DNA from: Octopus sinensis | Taxonomy: Eukaryota | Reading direction: 5' to 3' | DNA length: 64,000 bases | Assembly: GCF_006345805.1 (NCBI RefSeq) | Contig: NC_042997.1 | Span: forward strand, 59,024,001-59,088,000 | Shown: positions 26,387-39,660 of the stretch, one piece after another | Position numbering within the stretch: the stretch's first letter is position 1 | Layout: every line of letters starts with the position of its first letter | The notes under the pieces: generated by a model | Told to the model about the DNA's origin: nothing | What the model saw: only the letters and a program-made list of their open reading frames with translations | Databases searched by the model: none | Position numbers and translations under genes: made by a program

Positions 26387-28328
26387 TATATGTATACAAT
26401 ATAATGATGATGAGATTATATACACAACACACACATATGCATAGAGGGAAAGAACATGAAGAAGATTAGTATTTACTACTAATAAAAATAATTTGAAGGG
26501 CACAACACTACTCTGTATCAAATACTTCATGAAGCAATTAGTCCATAAAACTTGAGCAATATTTTTCACTATACTGAATGTTAAATGTGTGTGCCTGACT
26601 ACATGGACCACATACAGGTACCACATTCAGGACCTAGAGGCCTCCAACAATCCTTTCAGTCTTCTGTTGGGAAATAACACCTCATACAGAAACCCTCCAT
26701 TGAATCAATACCAGTAATATTTAATCTACATTACAAGAGTCTCAAATTGGCTTAGATAGGTTATGCTCATGTCTTGAGTCACATCAGTGAGGGGAGAGGA
26801 AAAGTAGATCCTTTAAGATCAGCATGGCTAACTTCTAGCTAAAGGCAAAAGAAACAGTTAGTTCAAAGACAAATTTAGCACAGACTGAAGTGGAACAACA
26901 TCAACTCCTCACTACCTGCCTGCCAAATGCTTCAGTAGTTTCTCGTGGAATAAAAATGCACTCATTACCATTAAGAGAAGAAGGGAAAAAAGGCAGATAC
27001 ACAAAGCTACACCTGCCCTACAAAATAAACATTTACACAGCTTGAATATTAAGGTTAGAAATGTAGTCACTAAAAATTAGGGAAAAGCTAGTAAACTTCT
27101 GTGATTTGGTAGACAACCACAAGTAAGCAAACAAAAATGTAAAAATGAGTGTAAGTGTGTGTGAGGGAGAGAGAGAGAGAGAAGGAAGGAGAGGTGTAGG
27201 CAAGGATGACTAAAGGATATAAATTAGGGTTCAATATTAATTACTACAGTATTCTGGTTAGAAAGAAATTATGAAACTAACACATTTCAAAATCAAGTTC
27301 TGGTGACAGAAAATTAAAATAGTTTTAAAACAAAGTATTAAGAGGGTGCTGACAAGAACAGTGAAGGCTTCACAGGGAGGGTTTATGTAGAGGTGTATAC
27401 AATTTATAGTTCAGAGTAGCTATTTTCGAGTAGCTATTTTCGCAGAGTGAAAATTCAAATCAATATGGATAAATAAGCATTATATTTGATAGAGAAATCT
27501 GAATACTAAAGGGTTAAATTTGTTAACCCTTTATTTACCATATTTCTAAGGAAATACACTGTCTCTGTTTCAATTAATTTTGAAAATAACAAAGAATTTA
27601 CTGAAGTAGTAATTTTGTCATTATTAACATGGTGAACATAAATGAATAAGGAACTATGAATAGGGAAGACTTTTCAGATCACTTTAAAACAGAGTTTCTA
27701 CAACAGGATCAAAAGTGGTATCAGTCTGGTTGATGATCCATCAGTCTGTCCAGTAAAATGCATCTATGGATGTTCTCACTATTGTTATTTAATATGTTGA
27801 TAGGAATTATGTCACTGCCTATGTTCATATTCACATGTACACATACACATGCACATGCACATTCATAAATGTACACAATTGAAAATGATGATTTCAAATT
27901 TTGGCACAAGGCCAGCAATTTCGAGGGAGGGTGTTATATCGGTCCCAGAGTCCCACTGGTACTTATTTTATTGCTCTTCTCCCCCCCCCCAACAAAAAAA
28001 AAAGGATGAATGGTAAAGTTGACCTCAGAAGAATTAAACTCAAAGCACCAAGATGGATGAAATGCTGTTGTGCATTTTGCCCAGCTTGCTAACAATTCTG
28101 TCAGCTTGCCACCATACTACTACTGAAAATATTGATAAGGAATATATTGGTGCACAAATATATATTAGTATGTACACACATTCTCATTCCCCATTTCCCA
28201 TTTTCATGTGACTTCACAGTTGTAAACAGCTGGTACACAAAATGTGTGTCAGTTCACAAACACATTGAAAAACAGAAACATACACCCCTCATATATTCAC
28301 ACTGAAAAACATGCACATCTCATACATA

Positions 28329-28333
<5 letters not shown>

Positions 28334-28377
<44 letters not shown>
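28334..28377. repeat. (CT)n microsatellite
   Basis: Direct read. Confidence 0.95.
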
Positions 28378-28380
<3 letters not shown>

Positions 28381-31269
28381 CACACATGTTACTCTTATAT
28401 AAGCTTTACTGTTATTAGCAGTAACCTAGATAGTTTCTACTATCCCTAACAGTAGTAAATATGATAATCATCATGATTTTTGTCATCACCATCATCAATA
28501 TTTGTTGGTTAAACATGATTGCTTACAGGTATTATTATACCATTAGTTATTATTAAACCATTATAATTATACCATTATTGTTGTTGTCTTCGTTAAAGTC
28601 AGCTCTGATTAAGTAGACTTGTAATCAAAGATGTTCTAACCATAACGATATCATTTTTATTTCAACATCTAGAACTACATTGTGACCTTCCATTTTTAAA
28701 GTGTTAGGGTATGGTTTGGGGAAATTTGATTGCTATTTCTAACAGGTTGAGCAACCATGTAGTGACAGCTTTAATGTAGCTAGATGACCTCACTCTCAAG
28801 TTTCAGTTGTAAACTGATTGTACAGAGAAGTAAATTACCCTCTTAACATTGAGAGCAATTGCTTTGCAAGTTACCCTGATTTGTCCTATGTGTTTTTTGG
28901 GGAGGGATATTAAATATATATTTATTCCCTTATTCATATTATATTGTTTGTAACAGTTGCTTTTATAATCCATTATTTTTTCATCTGATGCAACAAATTT
29001 CTTTTTCTGATATTTTGTTTTTGTAATGTCACTCTTTTGGTGTTGTAGGGAAATAAAATTATTATTATTATTTTAGAAACAATAATGACATCTAATAATA
29101 GCAGAAAACTTGAACACATTTTTGATGGGGGAAACAGACATAGTGAATCTAGAACTACAATACCCAATATGTCTTCTTTTTTTAAAATGGTAGGGTGTGA
29201 TTTGGGAAAGATTTAGTTGCTATTTCTAGCAAATTAAGTAATCTCAAAGTTTTCTTTATTGGCTTGAAAGCAAGCATGTTGATTGGTGAGGTTGGTGAAG
29301 TTTCATAAATAATTTGAAAATCAGTTTCTCAATCAAATCTCAACAAAAAATGCTGCCGGGTTAACTGTAAATATTCACTCTGTAATTCATATGATCTTTT
29401 TTAAATGTAGAGGAGGCATACCTTCTTTCTAAAAAGCAATATAATATTTTGTAAGCCAAGGTCACAATGATATCCATATTTTTTTTCTCTTTTTCACAAT
29501 CCTAATGATTTCAAATATCCCCTAAGCCAATTTCTATTTAAAATCCAAGAAGAACCTGACAATCTATAGATTTAAGAGACCAACAAATGGCAACTTTCTA
29601 ACCTAGATCTTTGACCCCCATAAAAAAAAAATATTTCTTTGCATATTTATGTTAATTTCACAAGCAGGTTGTTTCTTTCACTGGATCAACTGGAACTCTC
29701 ATCATCATAACTGATGGAGTACCAGTTTCCTTTTTTATGTTAGGATACTGCAAAAATATATAGTTAAATCTAGAAGCCTAGAAAAGTAGTGGTGGCTCAC
29801 ATCATCAAAAATTAATTCATATAAAGAGTTCATAGAACAGTTCAGTAAGTTGATCTGCAATGAGGAAAAAAAAACACTTCAAGCACTTTCTCTTCTTCCA
29901 AGAAAAAAGAGAATACATAACATGTTATTTTGGTTTTAAAATTAACATACTCTTTCTTATGGAAGAGGAGCAAATTACCAAAACATTAGATTTATTCACT
30001 CACTCACTCCTTATGACAAATGAACTCACTAACCTCTTCAACAAACTTTCCTATGACATAATATATCCAAGTAGTTAATTCCTTAGATCTCAACTCTTAG
30101 ACTAGAAATCACATTCCTGTACAAGTACATATCTCCATTGCTAAGCAAGAAATTTAATTTACTAGCCTAAGGCAACATACATAATTAAGAAACATTAGTG
30201 ATAAAAAGAAAGAAAGAAAACATAAAATGAAAATAAACAGCAAGTAAAAGAAAATACAGACACTGAACTCTAATTTAATATGCAACTAAGAGGATTATGA
30301 TAAAAAATATTTGTGTGGAAAGATTAACACTAAATAAAATACATATTAGCAGTTACTAATACAGATGCTACAACTATTTGCTGTTCTGGCTAAATGAAAG
30401 TATTGGTATTAGAATGCTGTGAGAAGTGAAACCAGGTCAGAGGCAAAGATTTAAAATTAATTGTTCTTTAATTAAACCATGCAGGATGCAAAAACAGGGG
30501 ATAGTATTTGACAAAAGCTCTAGCTCATATATGTTGCCTTTCTCCTTACACAAAATCTAGTGAGTTTTATAAAATGTTCACCCAAAGCAAGAAAAATGAG
30601 GAAATGAAATGATAATCTTTTATTCTTTTATTTTGTATTTGTTTCAGTCATTAGAATGCGGCCATGCTGGGGGTATTGCCTTGAAGGATTTTAGTTAAGC
30701 AAATCAACTCCAGTATTTATTTTAAATCTGGTACTTATCCTATTGGTCTCTTTTGCAAAATCAGCAAGTTATAGGGAAATTAACAAACCAACACTGGCTG
30801 TCAAATGGTACAGTAGTGGGGACAGACACTCACAAATACACACACACACATACATATATATTCACACATAGACACAACTTTCCACACAGCTTCCATCTAC
30901 CAAATCCACTCACAAGGCTTTGGTCAGACCAAGGGCATAGTAGAAGACACTCAGTTAATGTGCCAGGCAGGGGAACTGAACCCAAAACCATGTGGTTGGG
31001 AAGCAAGCTTCTTACCACACAGCCAATTATTTAATTAATTAAATATATAACTTGGAACTTAATAGCTATGTCAAGAGATCTGGCAATCAAGTCATTGAGG
31101 TGACATGGCAATAAATTCTGGTTACTATCCTTAGCAGACAGTTTATTCTTTGGCCAATGACTTATATCCAAATACAACTTACACTCATTGTTCACCTTTG
31201 GAATGCTTAGCTTTCCACTTAACCTTCAACACAGCTATCAGAAGAATGTAAATTGTCACTAGGGATTAA

Positions 31270-31489
31270 CCTTCTAGTATTTGAACCAACCATAACCAGC
31301 CATGATATTCTGCTTGTTTTATTTTCAAACTAATCAGATCCAGCTTATCACACCTTTCCTGCCAATTCATTCTAACAATAAGCAATCACATCATCAAAAT
31401 TTCAAGGTTATGAGATAATACATGATTTATTCAAAACAATGTGAATAAATAAGCATTATATTTGACAGAATAATCTGAATGCCAAGGGA
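31270..31489. mobile_element. piggyBac-type MITE, second family (decayed)
   Basis: TTAA|CCTT...AAGGGA|TTAA. Its right end is repeated at 27455-27517 and its left end at ~37183. Confidence 0.55.
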
Positions 31490-32656
31490 TTAAATCTATC
31501 AACAATTCCCATGATTCTTCTCATTATACTGTCTCAAGTGTCTTATTTGATGTCACTATCAGATGTTATAGCTGCTACAGCAACAAAATCTCACTTCACT
31601 CTATGGATGGATAATAATACAAAGTGTTGGTCAACAGTAAAATGCCTCACATCATGCTATGAATTGAGAGAGGTGCCTATTTTTCAGTCAGATGGAAAGA
31701 GTTACTACCATAATTCTTTCAACAGTTGTTTCACAGTGTTGGTTATGTTTTGAATCCCTTCTAGATCAACTTTAGGCAGGATTGGAAGCTTGAATTTTAA
31801 ATTAGAGATCAATGAAGAAGGTGCACAGAATATACACATTTAATTTTTTTTTTCTTACACATTATAAAGACCTTAAAATTTCCAGTCATTGGTTACCTTG
31901 TATAGTGCCATTTCATCCTTATTTGAAAAAGACAGTATTGCATAACCCAAGGCAAATAAATTATATTAAATTAAACATTTTACAAAGCTATTAGTGTATG
32001 AGACCATATAGCATTACTGTGGATACTGTAAATTGAAAACAATACAGTAATAGTAAAATTAGAGTAAGAAGAGAACTGGACTAGAGGAGCAAGACTAGTA
32101 TAGTGTAACAATAGGAAGACATACAGTTATACTAGTAAGTTGTTGTTTAGCCCTATTTAATCCTGATCAGGTAACCATCCAATAATTTTTGTATGCAAAG
32201 AGACCTCATTATCAAACCTATTATTTTAAAGACAGTAGGAAGTGATTTGAAGGACTTTGGTAGTTGTTTTTAGCAAGTTCAGTGACCATGTTGAGGCCCA
32301 CTCGTAGATGCCTTATAAACAGGATGATGTATTAATGAAAGCAACAAGCATACAAAGGCATTTAAATGAAGAAAAACAAAAGTCAGTAAACAGTGTTGAT
32401 GACAGCATAGAAGGTATTTTGAGAGTGAATGACAGGCAGTAACACAGAAAAATCAGTAAAGAGGAAATGAAATCATTAATAACACAGTTTATACTATCAT
32501 TAACATCTTAGTAAGTACCATTTGCACTTACGGAGGGGTGAGTATATACAAATGTATGTGCATATAAACATTTGGTATATGCGAAGGCATATAGGTATCT
32601 GTGTTTATGTATACACACACACACACATGTATACACACAAATATACAATATATGTA

Positions 32657-32694
<38 letters not shown>

Positions 32695-32860
32695 ATAGTT
32701 ATCGCCATACTAATATGGCATTCTTATAAAAATAAGAAAAAAGCTGTCCGCTTATTAGCTCCATGAGGCCATCGCCTTAAGTTAGCTATTTGATACACAA
32801 ACTGTATCCATATAACCTTCGAACAAGGGAGGTCAGTCGCTCCACACTACTTGACCGGCA

Positions 32861-32902
32861 GCTACAGACGCGTTTCGGGGTATTGCCCCTTTTCAATGCA
32901 GC
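32861..32902 (-). ncRNA. Minimal type I hammerhead ribozyme, U3:A8 core variant (copy 1; sense in SNX16 pre-mRNA)
   Basis: gctacagacgcgtttcggggtattgccccttttcaatgcagc is the reverse complement of the + copies. Confidence 0.8.
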
Positions 32903-33222
32903 GTAGCCAGCCAGTAGGTGTCGCTTCTGACAATCTCTGTTCGATGGTTTTATTTACCTAGTTTCGGTGGAATACATCCACTTGTTTTCAATAATAGAAA
33001 TATTAAAATTACTAAGTCTCTCTAAAAGAGAACAGCGGCAGCGTTCCCGGAAAATAATAGTTATCGCCATACTAATATGGCATTCTTATAAAAATAAGAA
33101 AAAAGCTGTCCGCTTATTAGCTCCATGAGGCCATCGCCTTAAGTTAGCTATTTGATACACAAACTGTATCCATATAACCTTCGAACAAGGGAGGTCAGTC
33201 GCTCCACACTACTTGACCGGCA

Positions 33223-33264
33223 GCTACAGACACGTTTCGGGGTATTGCCCCTTTTCAATGCAGC
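33223..33264 (-). ncRNA. Minimal type I hammerhead ribozyme (copy 2, stem III variant GAAACGUGUC)
   Basis: Same as copy 1 except one substitution at 33232 in the stem III palindrome. Confidence 0.75.
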
Positions 33265-33544
33265 GTAGGTTATATGGATACAGTTTGTGTATCAAATAGC
33301 TAACTTAAGGCGATGGCCTCATGGAGCTAATAAGCGGACAGCTTTTTTCTTATTTTTATAAGAATGCCATATTAGTATGGCGATAACTATTATTTTCCGG
33401 GAACGCTGCCGCTGTTCTCTTTTAGAGAGACTTAGTAATTTTAATATTTCTATTATTGAAAACAAGTGGATGTATTCCACCGAAACTAGGTAAATAAAAC
33501 CATCGAACAGAGATTGTCAGAAGCGACACCTACTGGCTGGCTAC

Positions 33545-33586
33545 GCTGCATTGAAAAGGGGCAATACCCCGAAACGCGTCTGTAGC
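33545..33586 (+). ncRNA. Minimal type I hammerhead ribozyme, U3:A8 core variant (copy 3)
   Basis: GCTGCA-TTGAAAA-GGGG caata CCCC-GAAA-CGCG-TC|TGTAGC. Stem I GCUGCA/UGUAGC, stem II 4 bp, palindromic ACGCGU stem III, GUC cleavage triplet ending at 33580. Confidence 0.8.
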
Positions 33587-33906
33587 TGCCGGTCAAGTAG
33601 TGTGGAGCGACTGACCTCCCTTGTTCGAAGGTTATATGGATACAGTTTGTGTATCAAATAGCTAACTTAAGGCGATGGCCTCATGGAGCTAATAAGCGGA
33701 CAGCTTTTTTCTTATTTTTATAAGAATGCCATATTAGTATGGCGATAACTATTATTTTCCGGGAACGCTGTCGCTGTTCTCTTTTAGAGAGACTTAGTAA
33801 TTTTAATATTTCTATTATTGAAAACAAGTGGATGTATTCCACCGAAACTAGGTAAATAAAACCATCGAACAGAGATTGTCAGAAGCGACACCTACTGGCT
33901 GGCTAC

Positions 33907-33948
33907 GCTGCATTGAAAAGGGGCAATACCCCGAAACGCGTCTGTAGC
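33907..33948 (+). ncRNA. Minimal type I hammerhead ribozyme, U3:A8 core variant (copy 4)
   Basis: Identical to 33545-33586, shifted by 362 bp. Confidence 0.8.
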
Positions 33949-34266
33949 TGCCGGTCAAGTAGTGTGGAGCGACTGACCTCCCTTGTTCGAAGGTTATATG
34001 GATACAGTTTGTGTATCAAATAGCTAACTTAAGGCGATGGCCTCATGGAGCTAATAAGCGGACAGCTTTTTTCTTATTTTTATAAGAATGCCATATTAGT
34101 ATGGCGATAACTATTATTTTCCGGGAACGCTGCCGCTGTTCTCTTTTAGAGAGACTTAGTAATTTTAATATTTCTATTATATATACATATATATATATAT
34201 ATATACATATAACCCATGCTAGCATGGAAAACGGACGCTAAACGACGATGATGATGATGATGATAT

Positions 34267-34321
<55 letters not shown>

Positions 34322-35289
34322 CATACATACATACATACATACACACACATATATCTTGTACACAAATACACACACACATAAACAAATATATTTATACACA
34401 TATATACATAGATGCAAGCAAGTCTGAGTGATTAAGGTATATACCTTCTAACCACATGTTTTCAAGTTCAGTCCCAATGTGAAGTACCTTTGACAAGCTT
34501 TTCACTTTGGTTCCAGACTAACCAATGTCTTGTTAAGGAATTTGGGAGTCAAACAGTGTGTGTGCATGCATGCACATGCATGCGTACATGCATGCGCCTG
34601 TCCTATTTTTTAATCTTTTTTACTTGTTTCAGTCTTTGAATTGCCACCATGCTGGGATACTGCCTTGAAGCATTTACTCAAACAATTTTACCCCAGTACT
34701 TATTTTTTAGCCTGGTACTTATTATATCTGTCTCTTTAGCCAAACTGCTGAATTATGGGAATGTAATCAGACCAACATCAGTTGTCAAGCAGCTGCAATG
34801 GACAAACGCAAAAACAGCACACACACACTCATGACAGGCTTCTTTCAATTTCTGTCTACGAAACCTATTCACAAGGTTTTGGTTCACCCAGGGCCAGAGT
34901 AGAAGACACTTGCCCAAGATGCTGCATAGTGGAACTGAACCCAAGACCTCTAGATCAGGAAGCAACCTTCTTAACATACAAGCTTACTACAAATGCTATT
35001 CTATGATTAGAAATGGTGACATAACTGTTTGCAGCTCAGCTATAAACAGTGATGTCACCATTTGTGGCTGGGCTGCATTTTTTAATTTCTCTGGAGTAAA
35101 AAAAATCCCTTAATTGAAAAACCAAATAAGGGTGGGCAACAGAAGAACAACCAACCATAAAAATCCTTCCTTAGTTACCTTCTTTCTAAACCTTACCAGC
35201 ATGGAAAAACAAGCATTAAACAAAACATTATGGATGCATAAGAGATCTAGTGGAATTGTGAGAAGATTATCAGGTAAGGTTGCTCTCAT

Positions 35290-35900
35290 GTTTGACAGAT
35301 GTGCAAGAACAGTAAATACTAAGAGCACAAGGAACTTAAACTCTCTCAAATGCCCAGGAGACTCTCTTGAGGTAGCAAATAGTTTCTGCTATTTAGGTGA
35401 CCAAATTAGTAATGGTGGTGGATGTTCTGAAAGTATTGTTTCTAGAATAAGAATAGGGTGGAGGAAGTTCAGAGAACTACTACCTCGGTTGGCAGCAAAA
35501 GGACTCTCTGAGTGAAAGGTAAGTTGTATGATGCTTGTGTGAGAACAGCTATGTTACATGGTAGTGAGACATGGGCCCTGACTGAGGAAGACATGTGTAG
35601 GCTGGTGAGAAATGAAGGTAGTATGCTCCATTGGATTTGCAACATCAGTGTGCATGACTGACAAAGCACAACTGTGTTGAGAGAAAAGTTAGGCATAAGA
35701 GGAATTAAATGTAGTATGCAGGAGAGGAGATTGCATTGGTTTGGATATGTGATGCATAGGAGTGAAGACAGCTGTAAACAGAAATGCCTGATGACCCAGG
35801 AAGACATGGGATGAAGTGGTGAGGACTGATCTTCAGATGTTGGGGCTCACAGAGGAAATGACAGTAGACTGAGATGTTGGCAATATGAGGTCTGCAAAGA
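35290..35900 (+). mobile_element. RTE-clade LINE RT C-terminal relic
   Basis: FCYLGDQISNGGGCSESIVSRIRIGWRKFRELLP..KGKLYDACVRTAMLHGSETW..RRLHWFG with stops and frameshifts. Confidence 0.88.
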
Positions 35901-36211
35901 CCTGTCTATAAAACTGAGTGCAAAAAGAGTTGTGTCCCACCCACATGTAACAAAATCCCAAATTTTATTTAATTTGTTTGCAGGAGTAACTGTTGTATCA
36001 AAAGCGTATATTGTTGTTATATGCATGAAATATGAGACTAGAAAAACAACCAACAATTGATGAAGGATCGTTCTTTATGTTGTTTGTCTTGTTTTCTATT
36101 TGTGCCTTTCATTGTTCGAAAAAATAGTTCATATTCAATGTACTCGTACTTCATATATTTTGTTGTACACGTTTCATGACGTCCTGTGCCCACATATATA
36201 TATATATATAT

Positions 36212-36640
36212 ATCATCATCATCATCGTTTAACGTCCGTTCTCCATGCTAGCATGGGTTGGACGGTTTGACCGGGGATCTGGGAAGCCAGAAGGCTGCAC
36301 CAGGCTCCTGTCTTATCTGGCAATGTTTCTACAGCTGGATGCCCTTCCTAACGCCAACCACTCTGTGAGTGTAGTGGGTGCTTTTTACATGCCACCTGCA
36401 CAGGTGCCAGGCGAGGCTGGCAACGGCCACGGTCGGATTGGTGTATTTTATGTGCCACCGGCACGGAAGCCAGTCGAGGCGGCGCTGGCATCGGCCACGA
36501 GTCGGATAGTGCTTTTTACGTACCAGCAGACCAATTCAATTTCGCTTTCGCTTGCCCCAACATGTCTTCGCAAGCAAAGGGGGTTGGCATGGGTGCCTGT
36601 CGTACGGTCGGATTGGTGTATTTTACGTGCCACCGGCACG
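36212..36640 (-). mobile_element. RTE-derived 3' UTR element
   Basis: (cat)n-cgtttaacgtccgttctccatgctagcatggg... with gtgccaccggcacg modules. Further copies near 3880-4125, 18900-19240, 38640-38880, 42840-43270 and 61150-61350. Confidence 0.8.
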
Positions 36641-39483
36641 ATGTATATATATATATATATACATACATATAGATGTAAGCATGTACATATACGTATGTAT
36701 ATATGCATATATATATATATAAATCAAAATCAAATTCGATGACTGGTATCCGTGCTAGTGGAGCGCTAAGAGTACCATACAAGCATGATTAAAATGTATG
36801 GGCCTGTAAATAAATATATATACAGACACATACATGCATAAATGCAAGCATGCCAGTATGTAACACCCACATACAATGCACATAACCATGTATTAATGAC
36901 CTAAATCTATATTTTGATTGGTGTCATGCCCTAATCCATCACAAAAGAAAAGAAAATAAGCCTTAGATATTGAAGCTAAATGTAGCTGAATGTAAGCTAC
37001 ATATCTCAGTGACTCATTATCTTTAAAAATCATAGGCTCCAAATAAATGCACATTTGTTACTCTGTTAAACTATTCTTTCCCTACCAAAATTAAAATTCA
37101 CAGTAAAATTTATAATATATTTTTTTAATAATTTCATGTACAATTACTATTATTACCATTGACATTATTACCATTGTTTAACCCTTTAGCATCTAAACCG
37201 ACCATATCCAGCCCAAATATTCTACCAGTTTATGTCCAAACTTCTTAACCACATCTCCACCTTCAAGGGAAAATGAAATCAGTTATATGTATGCAATAGA
37301 TATATGGTTGCACATACTGGTTCATGGAGCTAAATCTGCATCTGATAACTGCATCTATAAGAATATTTAGTAGTGAGAAATTATCATCATTAACATTTCA
37401 AATCCTCTTTCTATGCTAACACAGGCAGGATAGGAGAAAGTTCTTATTTGGAGTTACTGTCTCACTAAAAAAGGACCACATCACACGCCTACATATTACA
37501 TTCTTTTGGCATGATTTCTACAGCTGAATGCCTTTCCTAACATCATCCATATTACAGGCTGAAATAATGTATTTTATTGTAGTACCCACTCTAAAGAGAT
37601 TGTATTTCCTCAGATTAAACAGACCTCTTGACCATATGAGAGCAATGGAGATGGGCATTAGTAAGCAAGGGAGAAGTTATGGATGTCAATAATGAATGAT
37701 ATGGAAGAATGAGAGTGTTGGCTAGCAGTAAAGAAGGGTGGTGATAGAGGATATTGAATAGTCATCCCTCATTACACAGGCATCATGATGGGAGAAGTAT
37801 ATTGCTAAAGAGTGATAAGGGGATTGAATTTCAGTAGATCCAATGGGATCTCTTGCTACACAGGTGGTTGGTACAAAGAATAAGACACAGTGAATATTTG
37901 ATGAGAGAATAATGAGGAAGGGGACAGTAGTAGATGACCATAACAGGTAAGAAACTCGAATGTAGATATATCATAGAACTCATCTTCTATCACTTTTGAT
38001 CATACTTTAATGAACAAGCTGGTATTTTCCAACACTGTGCCACAACTCATTGCAGTCCTTCATGCGAGACAGCTTCTAGACCTCAGTAGTATCCTCCTAA
38101 AAAAGTACTTTTCCTGTAGTTGCCTTAGTAAGAGGAGGATATCAATCGTAACTTTTCCTGACACAAAGTTAAACTCCATCTCAATATGGTTAATTCACTG
38201 TAACCATCTTGGATGACCACCCTCAAGATCTTTAGTTGATTAGATTGATCCCAGTACTTCTTTTATTGATCTTGCCTGTATGAAAGACAAAGTGAACCTG
38301 GACAAGATTTGAATTCATAACATAAAAATACTCAGCCAAATACTATACAAGCCACTGTGTCTAATGTTGTACAAATTCTGCCCTCCAACTTACCATATAT
38401 AGAGAAAATTCCTTTTAGCTTTCATTCATTAATATTTGGGTTAATACTGAATCAAATTTGTTTTTCAGTTATGTAAAAGAATGGCAAGGGGGTTCATATT
38501 GGTTGTAGCCCTACTTGTAGCTCATTTTTCTTCATAAAAATACAAAGAGATAGTTTTCTTAGATTTTGTTGTAGTGCACAGAGCGTACCTTCTCACCATT
38601 GTTGCAGTTACCATCATATACTTCTATCATATATAAATCATCATTATCATCATTATCCTTTAAAGTTCATTTGCCATGCTGGTATGGGTTAGATGGTTTG
38701 ACCAGAGCTGGCAAGTTGCATCAGGTTCCAGTCTGATTTGGTTGGTTTCTACAGCTGGATGCCCTTCCTAACACCAATCACTTTACAATGTGTGCTAGGT
38801 GCTTTTAACACAGCAGCAGCAAAAGCGCTTTTACATGGTGCCAGCATGAGTACTTTTTACATGGCACTGGCACAGGACACTTGCAGCAAATCTTCTTCAC
38901 CATGGGGAGCTGCCTTAACACTTCCACAGTGGAGGACAAGTACAATTAACGACCTCATTGTGGGGTTCACATTAAAGCTTCCAAAACAAACTGAAGTGGT
39001 CACATACAGACAAACAGATGTTTACTTATGTGCTGCTTCTATTGATTTCATTATAGTCTATTTAAGCAAAGTTAATTGAGGCTACTCAACAATAACTAAC
39101 CACAAATTAAGTTGTTGGTTTTTTTTATTCATTCATCAAACCTCAATGGCAATGCTAGCCTTCATTAGGTGACAGTTATGTTGGGTGGCTAAATAATATG
39201 TGTCTGTACTCATGATTTATGAAGTTCAAGAATATAAGCTATAAAATCAGCCAACATAAAGGAAGGACTTCCACATATTAGCGGATGGAAATATTTTAAC
39301 GCATATTTGAATCAACATAGATTCTGCATACAATGTCAAGAATGATGATGTGGGTTACTGAAATGAAACAGCAAACAATAAAACCATAAGCCAATGAAGA
39401 ACAAGTTCATTATATGACAGCATATGCAACATCAAGTGATGTGCAATTGTAAGGGTAATGTAATACAATTGAAACATCATTTA

Positions 39484-39660
39484 CCCTTTTGTTTCAATTA
39501 ATTTTGAAAATAATGAAAAATTTATTAAAATAACTTTGTCATTATGAAGCTGGTGTTTTTGAGACATAATCAACAGGTAGTTTTGATGGAACATTTTTCA
39601 TTGAGATCGCTTGAAAGCATAGACCCAACGGCAGTTCAAGGAAGGATGGTAGCAAAAGGG
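39484..39660. mobile_element. piggyBac-type MITE (same family as 62256, opposite orientation, deleted)
   Basis: CCCTTTTG...CAAAAGGG|TTAA; shares gtttcaattaattttgaaaataa with the copy at ~27527-27720. Confidence 0.65.

Larger units (their letters stand above)
32692..34180. mobile_element. Inverted tandem array of 362-bp hammerhead-ribozyme units (retrozyme / Penelope-like pseudo-LTR insertion)
   Basis: Exact 362-bp period (atcgccatac at 32701 and 33063; ggttatatgg at 33268, 33630, 33992). Left arm 32692-33268 is the reverse complement of 33541-34117. Flanked by (TA)n, CpG-rich, only two substitutions seen between copies. Confidence 0.85.

Noticed and set aside
36000-36190. ttgatgaagga / tgaaacgtg motifs in a TA-flanked repeat, possibly another hammerhead
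   Set aside because: I could not build stems I-III around the motifs in this copy.
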